Of a stretch of 64,000 nucleotides of DNA, positions 18,229 to 27,488 are shown in pieces. A program made the translations under genes and the position numbers. The stretch comes from a virus (lineage: Duplodnaviria > Caudoviricetes), in the IMG/VR virus record IMGVR_UViG_3300020161_000515, positions 1-64,000 of that record; one strand, given 5' to 3'. Each line of letters opens with the position of its first letter. Position 1 is the stretch's first letter. Under the pieces are notes generated by a model that was not told where the DNA came from, ran no database searches, and worked only from the letters and a program-made list of their open reading frames with translations.

Positions 18229-19719
18229 CTATGGGCTCACTAATAAAGGAAAAGAAAATGTTAACTCATCTATTACGGTAACAGGAGCAGATCTGCAAAA
18301 TCTCTTTGCAAATTTTTCTTTCTCGTATGTGTTAGTGATAAGCTCTGACTCTAAGAATGTGTTTTCTGGAACTTCAACGTATTCGTAGTACCCATCATCT
18401 TTTAAATGATAGTCCATAGGAACTTTTATTTCTACAACATCTCCAGTTAAGAATCCATGAGGTATCGCATTACCACCAGTTATCTCAGCAGTAAAATCAT
18501 ATTGGTCATCTAACAGAGTTTCAAGGGAATGGTATGAAACAGATGCATCTGATAAGACTCTGCAAATAGCTAAGAAACCTTCAACTCTAAATTCTATTAC
18601 AAACGGAGTAAAATTTTCCCTAACTCTTTCATGTCTTGTTATTTTGAATCTAGTAGGTGAGTCATATTCAACATCGTATGCTCCATTAAAATCGTTAAGA
18701 TATGTACCCTTTGGTCTAGCAATAGGATATAAGCAGATTATGGAATCATCAGATAAGAAATGAGGTTCTTCTTCATTTATGTAATATGAAATAATTTCCG
18801 CTTTCTTATCAAATAAAGAATAGCGTATCAATCCAGATAGTCTGGGTTGAACACTAGGCACTGTAAAAGGATACTCATAGACGAAAGTATAGTCGTCAAG
18901 TACCTTTACGCTTGCAGTACAGTAGAATGGATGAACCGCTGTTCCTTCAAATTTACTAACATCAATAACATCTCCATTGGAGTATTGATGAGGTACTACA
19001 GCACCGTTCCTAGATATCTGACCTTCAGCATATCCAATCTTAGCCTTTATCTGTACTATCTCTTCATCTATTCTTAATTGTGTAGAGTTAAGATAGTTAA
19101 CTTCAAAAAGATCTGCATCTTGTGAAATATACATTGGCTGAACAGCCTGGCGTCCTACTGTAAGATCACTAGCAGTTATTCCTGAACTGTGCTTTAAGTT
19201 TAGAACTTCTAAGTCTTTGAAATTATTTAAGACTGGATCATAGTTGTAATACATGCCATTCTTAAAAACTCTTGTGCTTACTAATCTTAAAATGTACTTT
19301 CCAACGCCTTCTAAAATTACTGGTGATGGATGAACAGTCCAAGGTATAGCTGGACTAAACATTTCAATAGACGATGCTGAGATATTTGACAACTCTGTTA
19401 TCCTGGTGCTGAATAAACCCATCACACCATCTTTTATCTTTAGACCTACATAGTTTTTATTAACAGTGTCTCCAAGAACAGGAGTCTTGTTTGAATCGGT
19501 TAAGTCAAATCCATTGACATCTATTATCTTTACTGAGCCTCCAACAGTGAAAGCAGAGTTATTTGTAACGCTTGTGCTATTACCCAAGGCATAATATTTA
19601 GCATTAAATTTTGAAACTTTGGTAGAGCTAATTCCACCACCAAGACTAGCCTGAGGATTGGTATTAGCGTCACCACCTGAGTATCTGAATTCTAGGTATG
19701 CTGCATTTATTTCAGTCAT
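18229..19719 (-). CDS. Virion protein carrying only the N-terminal half of family R plus two small beta-barrel repeats
   Basis: YLEFRYSGGDANTNPQASLGGGISST at the N-terminus. Two H-x-x-x-x-GD-V repeats (PHQYSNGDVIDV, PHGFLTGDVVEI). Ends in TAG in frame with the next ORF. Confidence 0.75.
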   Translation of the reverse strand: MTEINAAYLEFRYSGGDANTNPQASLGGGISSTKVSKFNAKYYALGNSTSVTNNSAFTVGGSVKIIDVNGFDLTDSNKTPVLGDTVNKNYVGLKIKDGVMGLFSTRITELSNISASSIEMFSPAIPWTVHPSPVILEGVGKYILRLVSTRVFKNGMYYNYDPVLNNFKDLEVLNLKHSSGITASDLTVGRQAVQPMYISQDADLFEVNYLNSTQLRIDEEIVQIKAKIGYAEGQISRNGAVVPHQYSNGDVIDVSKFEGTAVHPFYCTASVKVLDDYTFVYEYPFTVPSVQPRLSGLIRYSLFDKKAEIISYYINEEEPHFLSDDSIICLYPIARPKGTYLNDFNGAYDVEYDSPTRFKITRHERVRENFTPFVIEFRVEGFLAICRVLSDASVSYHSLETLLDDQYDFTAEITGGNAIPHGFLTGDVVEIKVPMDYHLKDDGYYEYVEVPENTFLESELITNTYEKEKFAKRFCRSAPVTVIDELTFSFPLLVSP

Positions 19720-19730
19720 AAGATAGCCTT

Positions 19731-19832
19731 AATTTAAGCCGTTTTAAGCGGCTTTATTAGTTCGCCGCTATGATGGTATTACTTAACTAATTTGTAGCCG
19801 TAAATGACCAGATTCTTGCCAAATACGGCTAT
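19731..19832 (+). repeat. Dispersed structured intergenic repeat, copy 1
   Basis: aatttaagccgttttaagcggctt (24 nt identical to the reverse complement of copy 3), core tggtattactt, and ccagattcttgccaaata (18 nt shared with copy 2). Stems aagccg/cggctt and tagccgta/tacggcta. Confidence 0.8.
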
Positions 19833-19858
19833 GTTCTCAAGCTACTTAACAACAATTG

Positions 19859-20281
19859 TTAAGCATTGCCTTCAGTGATTGAGGCACTGATAACACTGAT
19901 TGGGCCACCTTGAATAATGTCGGTGCTGTTTAATTTAATATCGCCTGAACCTGAGTTATTGCTAACATCTAAGTCCATAACGAAACCACCGTCACCGTTG
20001 CTAATTCTAGCCCAAGTTGCAGTACCGTTATTATCGGCAGCAGTATCTTGAGCAACAGCAGAGAAGGTAAGAACACCGTTGTCAATACTGGCAGCACAAG
20101 GCTTGCTGAATGTCAGAGTACCTAATAACAAGTTGGTGAATGGGTCAATAGCACCGCCTGAAGTTGCTGGTCTATTACCTGAGTAAATTTTTAATGTACC
20201 AGGAGTAGCACCTGCGTCAATAGCGTTAGCTATTTGGGTTGCACGATTGTTCCGGACACTTGTTGCAAATTTAATAGTCAT
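19859..20281 (-). CDS. Small conserved phage virion (minor tail) protein
   Basis: RNNRATQIANAIDAGATPGTLKIYSG.RPAT...LLGTL...GTATWARI motif, a widespread ~130-140 aa phage structural family. Confidence 0.75.
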   Translation of the reverse strand: MTIKFATSVRNNRATQIANAIDAGATPGTLKIYSGNRPATSGGAIDPFTNLLLGTLTFSKPCAASIDNGVLTFSAVAQDTAADNNGTATWARISNGDGGFVMDLDVSNNSGSGDIKLNSTDIIQGGPISVISASITEGNA

Positions 20282-20317
20282 TGATCTGTTTCCTATAAAG
20301 TTTTATATCTGTAATTT

Positions 20318-23300
20318 TTAATCGCCTAAAACTACGGTAGTATGAGTTTTAACTCTTCGTTCTGAATCAGGATCGAATACAACCGAGTACTCTCCCTCAA
20401 TCAAATTTGTGACCTCAAATGAGACTGTACTCAAATGCTGGACTTGGATCACCTCACCTGTGTCTCCATCATATACTCTTATGTAGCCTTTCTTATCGGA
20501 AGGCTTAGAAGAACTGTCAGGTATTATATCACCTTCAATGCTGTAATAAACATCAGAAATGGCTTCTGCAGGTTTATCATAAACATTGATCCTAGCTGCA
20601 AATACAGAACCATCTAGCTCACTGAACCAGTGTCCGAAGGTTCTATACATTAATTTTAGTTCTATTGAAATGGATTCAGTTGTAGCGTCAATATATCCTT
20701 TGACAGGTATATATCCAATAATAACTGGAATCACTGAATCTAATACTAGATCAGCTCTGACACCAATAGGAACTATGTATTCTAAGTTTATATCACTGAG
20801 GGCGTTTTGTAAAGTTGCATCCATATAAGCTCTTGCAACAACAGCTAATCTAAAATCAGCCTGTGCATAATCCATCATGCCAAAGAACTCTAATTCTAAC
20901 GGTCTTGCTCTGTTAAGTAAAATACTTGGATAGCACCTTTCTGTTTCAGCATTAAATACAGAATAAGCATCTGTTTGCAATTGAAGGTCTGTTGTAATAT
21001 CACCAGCCTTAACCAACATCCATACATCAGTGTTAGATGATCTTGTGTATTTCATCTTGATGTAACATGAGGCATGTCTTAGTGTGTTCTCAAATTTCAG
21101 AACAATGTATTTAATGGCTAGTTTAAAATCAGCAACAGAATCAGCAGTTACAGGATTGAAAACCTTAATAGCCATTTCAGTTCTAACTCTGAAATTCATC
21201 TCAGGTTCGTCAGGAGTGGCTAAGATAAACATCCAACGGTACTCTCTGACCTCACCAATGATGTGAGTTTTTATATCTGTAGTGCTTGTTCTGATATATC
21301 CGAAACAATGAAAAGGAACGGTGGCATATATATTAGACGAACTATCTTGAAGCGTTGCTCTGAAGTATGCAGGCATTACTGCTCTCATAGCCATATAAAA
21401 ATCTATATGGTTGGTGAAAACATTGAACATGCCTTCTGCTCCACCAGCTCTAAGTTTTATCTTAGAAGTTGTTTCTTTAGTGGTAAGATGCATTGTTCCT
21501 ATCATGACCTCAAGAACCATTGCAATCAAGCAGTCAACTGTAAGTGCTCCACCACGTTCTTCTAGTATGCCTACTATTGGTATCCGGCCTTTAAATGCGG
21601 CAGCAGCATCAGAGAATGGCATCTGTGTGCCTTCATACACAAACATTGGAGGATTGTCGTATCCTATATATCCAGGTTCATTTGGTTTGTTTGGTCTAGA
21701 TCCTAAGTCAACAATGAAATGACCTTTTACAAGTAATGGAGTATAAAGCTGGATATCTGCTTCCACATACGCAGTACATTTGAGCATGTCATGTTGAATG
21801 GCTCTAAATCCTTGTAATTCGGACGTGGTGTAACGACCTAACCATCTTGGATCATCAAACTCCTCTTCTGGATCACCTACCAAGTGATCGTATCCTACCA
21901 TTTTGCCGTAGGTATTCTCAGCAATAACAAACTGGAATAATCTAAGATCAGCAGTTCTAGTAACAAGCCTAGCAACTATTCTTGATAGAAGTCTTATTTG
22001 TGAAGTAGAATCTTCTAGAACTCTTCTAAAATATATCTGGGTTCTAGGATTCATCAACTCTATTTCAAAGATAACTGATCCAGTGTTTGGATTTAAAACA
22101 CCTGATAGATTTGAGAATAGAATAGTTGACTCAACTCTAGGAGTTGTTCCTATTAATCGCCCCCCTCTGGATACGTCGCCATTAACAGTGATGCCAATAT
22201 TATGAGTAGAAGAATCAAGTAATCCGAAGATTCTGTAAGGTACTCTGAGGTAAATGTATATGAATTTAACATTTTCTAATTGAACGTGTGACGTTCCAGT
22301 AAAATGATTAATGATAGACATTATGTTAATTGTTAACGAAATGTCACCTGTGTTTCCATTCATCTCACCGTGTCTGGTGTGTGGTGATGAGAATAAGAAA
22401 TTTGAGAAAGCATCATCTAGTGTACGTTTCAAAAATATAATAATGCTGCCTGATCCTGCTGCATCTAGAACAGCATCAGCAAGAACAGAAGATATCCTCA
22501 AACCAGAACCTATTACTTTAATCTCAAAAGATATTCGTGTTGTATCTTCAGTAACAGTATTTAATATTAAATCTGTTGTTAGTGCCAAGTTAATAGATGA
22601 GTTCAAGAATGTCGTAGCATTTAATCTCAAACCTTGAGTTGGATTGTTGGCTAGTATTTTTGACAGAACATCCTGAATTTGTAGTGCGAATCCTGCCTCA
22701 TAATCTGGTGGACGAATATAAGTGTTTAATGCAAAGTCTGAAGTAACCTTCTCAGTAATACATTCCAAAATAAAGAATGAGTCCTGCTTACCGTATATTT
22801 CAGTAGTGATGTTCTTAGTCTTACACTCAATTGTAGCTCTGACATTAACTATCGTCATAGCCTTTATCTTAGGTTCTATATTATCTAGCCTTGGTCTAAA
22901 TACAGCATAGAACGTTAAGCCTTTGAAGACCGGAATAATATTTGGAGTTGTTGGAGTCATTACTCCATACACCGGAACTGCCATTGAAATTACAGACAGT
23001 GCTGGATTTGTTTTGGCTAAGAAAGTTACCAAAGTTCTGAATGGAACTGTTCCTTCTATTTTTGAGATGATGGAAGGTGTTTTAGTTTGTATTCTTCCTA
23101 TAACAGGATGGTTTAATCCTATAGATGCCACGCATGTCTTAGTGGTAACTGCCATTACCATCAAAGATGATTTGCTATTGTGCAGTCTCAAATCCAGCAA
23201 TACATTGCTGAGATTAAATTTAAACAGCATATTTAATGGAACTGGAATTCTTCCTTCACCTAAGAAGTAGTCATTCTTTAATTGGCTTGACAGTGTAAAT

Positions 23301-26300
23301 CTGCATAAAGAGAATAGTTTAACCGTTGGAGTAATTGTCTCAGTTACAGCATCTAGCGTTATCAGTTGCTCATCTCTGTGAGCAATGTATATCAATACTT
23401 CTGGAGTATTTGTGTATGCTTGTATTACCCCTGTTTCTAATGGACAGTATATCTTAGGTATGACGAATTGAGTTATTGCCGCCATTGTTCCCTTAATGGC
23501 AGTAAACATTTTGAATCCACCTGAAACAGATTCAGTGTTCAACATGAAGTTAAGAACTTCTGGAACAGGAGTTTTTAAGTTTATTGATGGAAGAACATCA
23601 TCTAAATATAAATTCAATAAAGTGTTGAACGGTATCCTTGCTTCTATCCTAGCAGTAGAATACAGAACTAAGTGCATGGTTCCTGTATTGGAGGAAAGAA
23701 CCATATAAGATTTAGCATTACCAGTGTTGGCTTCTATCTTTCCTATGTTAACAGTTCGCATTAGGAATGATGCACTAGCACCTGGAGTTTTTATTGAAAT
23801 AAATACATCTGTTCTAACTGGATTTCTTAACAGTATGTTAGGTATTACATCTTTTGTGTTCAATAAAAGACTTACTTTAGCAAGTGGTTGAATTATATCT
23901 ATATCGAACTCAACGTCTTTCAATGTTACATTAAATGATCCGTGAACAGAGGAAACTAATCTTATGCCTGGAATAACTCTTTCAAGTAATGATTCTAAAA
24001 TAAGATCTCTTGGCTCAGGAAGTAATGCTCTAAAATACGCTTCTGCATCATCTAAGATTGATTTGAAAGTAATGCTGTTTGGATGCATAAGCATCCCATT
24101 AAACGCAACTCCAAGAGCATACCAATAGTAATCTGTTTTGCCTGAATGAGTTACATTATATTTTGAATCAGCCTCGCCTGAGACTAAAAGCATCGCTACT
24201 GAATGACCTAGTCCTAGCATGTGCATAGAAACATTCTCAAGTCTAGGTGTCATATTGACTAAGTAACTCTGAGCAACTATCCCTTTAATGTCAGCCTTAG
24301 CGTATGCGTAATAGTCAGAATTCATTCTAGCATCAAGTGTTCCCTTTATTGGACCATATCCTGTAAATGTTGCTAAAGCTTGTTGAGTCTCACCATTTAA
24401 TCTTGCATAAAAATTAGCACTTATTATCTCGGGTATAACTGATTCAAGTTCAGAATCTAATCTCAATCTTATTACATGGAATCCTTGAGACTCCATTACA
24501 ACATCTGGTGTTGTAGGAATAAGTTTTAAAAGAGTATAAACATTAACCTTAATACCAAGTGCCATTAAGATGTTGTCAGTTACTACAGATAAAAATACAC
24601 CATTAGACACCATCAATCTTATGTTTGCTAGACAGTTCTCAGTAAAGGTATACAGAGCACCTACTGAAGGACTTTCTAATGAATACGAAACTTCTGAGAT
24701 ATCATCAACTTGTTTAACAACATCCATTCCATAAACAACACTGAACAACGTAGAGTCTTGTTTTAAAACTCTTTCGTTTAACAATTCAGTAATGACAGAA
24801 TCTTCTTTAAGATATATGTTATTCGATATGTATTCTAGCTGTTCAACAAAAGCAGAATTGCTCAATGACCACGATGGTAAAGAAGTGGAATTAATGCTCT
24901 TGCAAATACTAGAGTGAGACTTGATAAACGGAATTAGTAACTCTTTAGGTGAATCTAATGAATGTGATTCTTCCATTAAGTTTTCAGAAGTAAAGTGAAT
25001 GTAGCTATACTCTGCTGTAACTAATTTGCTTACAAAATCAGGTGAATTAAGATCATAAACTAAAGGTATTGAAAGATCAAAACTATTTCTGGCATTACCA
25101 AAATAAGATATTGTAGAATTCTCTGATAAATATGTTCCGCAGTTTTTCTTATATGAAATAATAAAGTTTACTTCAAATTCTGTTGGAAGCAGAATATCAT
25201 GATTGGTGTCAAACTCTAAGAATTTTTCTTGTACTGTCTGAAGGTTGTGTGTAGTGTAAAAACCAAGATCTTTTAGTATCAACGACTTCAAAGAGTTATC
25301 TGAGTAAAAAGAAAGTTGTCTTTCTTTCAGAGTTTCAATTCTATGAATCTCATCAAAAATTATCTCAAATTCTCTGTAAGCATCAATTCTGTAAAAAGAA
25401 CCTTCAGTGATAATTGTTAACCCACCAACCGATACATTGTATCCATTAGCTAAGGTAGTTGCTTTGTCATTTAATGCTCTTACTTCTACAAGATCTCTTT
25501 CAGTAACATTTGAGACACTTCTATCAATCATAGGATAGATATTATTTAAGCTGCTTTCAGCTACGCCTTTTCCAAGAATACCTGACAATGATAATAAATT
25601 TAATCTGGTTAAGGATCCATAACAAAGAATTTCATAAAAAATCTGGCTAAAGATTGGTCTATCTTCTCTTTCAGGATTAAGGACATATCCGAAACTGCTA
25701 AGTATCTCAGAAGAGTCTTTTGCAAGACCGCTTGTTATGGATGACACATTAACAAGATTTGTTTCAGGAGTTAGTACCTTAGAAAGTCGCACAAGATTCG
25801 TAGCGACTACTTCTTTACATGAAACAGATGCTACCATCGTAACGAAGCTTCCTATCTCCTTCATCATCCTAATTGTAACTGGAGCCGTTACTGCATCAAT
25901 TATTAATTCTAGAGGTTGGGCGTGAGCGATTCGTATTAAAGAAACAGGTGATGGTGTTGTTGCACTTAAATCTACTTGGATATTAATAGGTATTACTACA
26001 TGAAAGTACATGCTGCAATTTGTAAGACCTTCTAACTTTCCGGATACTTGGTACGCAAAGGTTGTCATCCTGACTGGAGCTAGATACGATGACCATTGTC
26101 CGTATGAAGTTGAACCTTTAGCCTTAAATATAGCAGAAGGAGTTACAGCAGTAAGAGTTCCTACATATGTGACCGCTTTTATATTTGAAAAAGAATCCTC
26201 AAGGGATGACACCCATTTTCCAAACAATTGTTTGAGAAGCACGATACTGGATTTAGTATCGGTGCTGACTGTGGATATAAAGTGCCCACTTGTTGGAGGA

Positions 26301-27469
26301 TAGTTATAAAGAACAATATCCACAGATGGGTTTACTGTAGAACTTTGTACTCTTACATAAACGTGCTGAGGTATCCTAGCTATAAAAGATGCCAGCGGTG
26401 TTGCTGTAAAGCCTTCAATTGTTAAAGATAAAGGAGCTTTTTGAAACAACGTTCCATTCATAATAACATCAGCCAGAACAGAATCAAGTGGTCCTGATAC
26501 TGTCATAGGTGTTGTCATGGTGAATGTAGAAACAACATCAGATAAAAGCGAATCTAAATACATCGCTTTAGTCTTTATGAAAGATAACCTGATTGTTGAG
26601 TAAGGCGTTAATGTGGTAAAACTAAATGTTCCAGTGGTAGGAGCATAGAAGTTTAGCCATTGTCTATAAGTTGCGCTTCCTGTGTTAGCATCAATAATTA
26701 CATCTACAGCAAATGCAGTCTTTAAAGATATGGCAGACTGAACTGATCCTGTATTGGCTGATATATCTGCATTAATCGCAATAACAGTCTGTAACGAGAT
26801 GTCTGATGTGACTGATTGAGTTGTCACATCTAAAGATATAACGCCTAAAGACTGGCATGTCGCAATTATTGAAAGAGTTACATTATCAAGTGTCTTGCTT
26901 AATACACCTGTCCTAGGTGTTACATGAGTTAGGCTGAATGATCTTGATACGTTGCCAGTAGTGAAAGATAACGTTCCAACATATGGGTCATAAAAATGAC
27001 ATGAGAACTCAGCAGTAGCATTATCTAATAATGATGCAAGAGCGTTTTCAGGTATACCAGTTATTATTCCAGATAAAGTTGAATCCTGTAACGTAGGATT
27101 CATTCTTATTTCAAAGAAGTTTACATAGAATTTGTTGAATTGGAATGGAACAACTCTGCCATTAGGCTGTTCGTAACCATCATCGGTAAAGTTGAAAAGA
27201 ACAGAAGTTGGAACTGTATAATATAGTCCGTCATTCGATTTTACTAAGATTGTAGGCGAAATATCTTGAGTTGCTGTAACTAAAGATAATTCTCTTTCTG
27301 ATGCACTGGCTAGTAATTGAAAATAAGCACTTGACGATTCTAGAGTAGAATCTAATGTTAACTGTATTCCACCAAGCAGATCAAAATTGATCGCACTCCC
27401 ACTAGGTGGATAGTAAGGACCTATAAGATTAAAGTGAATGGCATTGCCATTAGGAGGAGTATAGATCAT
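20318..27469 (-). CDS. Very large beta-repeat tail fibre/appendage protein (2,383 aa)
   Basis: N-terminal YTPPNGNAIHF / YYPPSGSAINF motifs. Dozens of ~30 aa beta-strand repeats. Short C-terminal beta-sandwich (IRVYDGDTGE...). Confidence 0.75.
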   Translation of the reverse strand: MIYTPPNGNAIHFNLIGPYYPPSGSAINFDLLGGIQLTLDSTLESSSAYFQLLASASERELSLVTATQDISPTILVKSNDGLYYTVPTSVLFNFTDDGYEQPNGRVVPFQFNKFYVNFFEIRMNPTLQDSTLSGIITGIPENALASLLDNATAEFSCHFYDPYVGTLSFTTGNVSRSFSLTHVTPRTGVLSKTLDNVTLSIIATCQSLGVISLDVTTQSVTSDISLQTVIAINADISANTGSVQSAISLKTAFAVDVIIDANTGSATYRQWLNFYAPTTGTFSFTTLTPYSTIRLSFIKTKAMYLDSLLSDVVSTFTMTTPMTVSGPLDSVLADVIMNGTLFQKAPLSLTIEGFTATPLASFIARIPQHVYVRVQSSTVNPSVDIVLYNYPPTSGHFISTVSTDTKSSIVLLKQLFGKWVSSLEDSFSNIKAVTYVGTLTAVTPSAIFKAKGSTSYGQWSSYLAPVRMTTFAYQVSGKLEGLTNCSMYFHVVIPINIQVDLSATTPSPVSLIRIAHAQPLELIIDAVTAPVTIRMMKEIGSFVTMVASVSCKEVVATNLVRLSKVLTPETNLVNVSSITSGLAKDSSEILSSFGYVLNPEREDRPIFSQIFYEILCYGSLTRLNLLSLSGILGKGVAESSLNNIYPMIDRSVSNVTERDLVEVRALNDKATTLANGYNVSVGGLTIITEGSFYRIDAYREFEIIFDEIHRIETLKERQLSFYSDNSLKSLILKDLGFYTTHNLQTVQEKFLEFDTNHDILLPTEFEVNFIISYKKNCGTYLSENSTISYFGNARNSFDLSIPLVYDLNSPDFVSKLVTAEYSYIHFTSENLMEESHSLDSPKELLIPFIKSHSSICKSINSTSLPSWSLSNSAFVEQLEYISNNIYLKEDSVITELLNERVLKQDSTLFSVVYGMDVVKQVDDISEVSYSLESPSVGALYTFTENCLANIRLMVSNGVFLSVVTDNILMALGIKVNVYTLLKLIPTTPDVVMESQGFHVIRLRLDSELESVIPEIISANFYARLNGETQQALATFTGYGPIKGTLDARMNSDYYAYAKADIKGIVAQSYLVNMTPRLENVSMHMLGLGHSVAMLLVSGEADSKYNVTHSGKTDYYWYALGVAFNGMLMHPNSITFKSILDDAEAYFRALLPEPRDLILESLLERVIPGIRLVSSVHGSFNVTLKDVEFDIDIIQPLAKVSLLLNTKDVIPNILLRNPVRTDVFISIKTPGASASFLMRTVNIGKIEANTGNAKSYMVLSSNTGTMHLVLYSTARIEARIPFNTLLNLYLDDVLPSINLKTPVPEVLNFMLNTESVSGGFKMFTAIKGTMAAITQFVIPKIYCPLETGVIQAYTNTPEVLIYIAHRDEQLITLDAVTETITPTVKLFSLCRFTLSSQLKNDYFLGEGRIPVPLNMLFKFNLSNVLLDLRLHNSKSSLMVMAVTTKTCVASIGLNHPVIGRIQTKTPSIISKIEGTVPFRTLVTFLAKTNPALSVISMAVPVYGVMTPTTPNIIPVFKGLTFYAVFRPRLDNIEPKIKAMTIVNVRATIECKTKNITTEIYGKQDSFFILECITEKVTSDFALNTYIRPPDYEAGFALQIQDVLSKILANNPTQGLRLNATTFLNSSINLALTTDLILNTVTEDTTRISFEIKVIGSGLRISSVLADAVLDAAGSGSIIIFLKRTLDDAFSNFLFSSPHTRHGEMNGNTGDISLTINIMSIINHFTGTSHVQLENVKFIYIYLRVPYRIFGLLDSSTHNIGITVNGDVSRGGRLIGTTPRVESTILFSNLSGVLNPNTGSVIFEIELMNPRTQIYFRRVLEDSTSQIRLLSRIVARLVTRTADLRLFQFVIAENTYGKMVGYDHLVGDPEEEFDDPRWLGRYTTSELQGFRAIQHDMLKCTAYVEADIQLYTPLLVKGHFIVDLGSRPNKPNEPGYIGYDNPPMFVYEGTQMPFSDAAAAFKGRIPIVGILEERGGALTVDCLIAMVLEVMIGTMHLTTKETTSKIKLRAGGAEGMFNVFTNHIDFYMAMRAVMPAYFRATLQDSSSNIYATVPFHCFGYIRTSTTDIKTHIIGEVREYRWMFILATPDEPEMNFRVRTEMAIKVFNPVTADSVADFKLAIKYIVLKFENTLRHASCYIKMKYTRSSNTDVWMLVKAGDITTDLQLQTDAYSVFNAETERCYPSILLNRARPLELEFFGMMDYAQADFRLAVVARAYMDATLQNALSDINLEYIVPIGVRADLVLDSVIPVIIGYIPVKGYIDATTESISIELKLMYRTFGHWFSELDGSVFAARINVYDKPAEAISDVYYSIEGDIIPDSSSKPSDKKGYIRVYDGDTGEVIQVQHLSTVSFEVTNLIEGEYSVVFDPDSERRVKTHTTVVLGD

Positions 27470-27488
27470 TACTCTTACTGGCTAGAAG

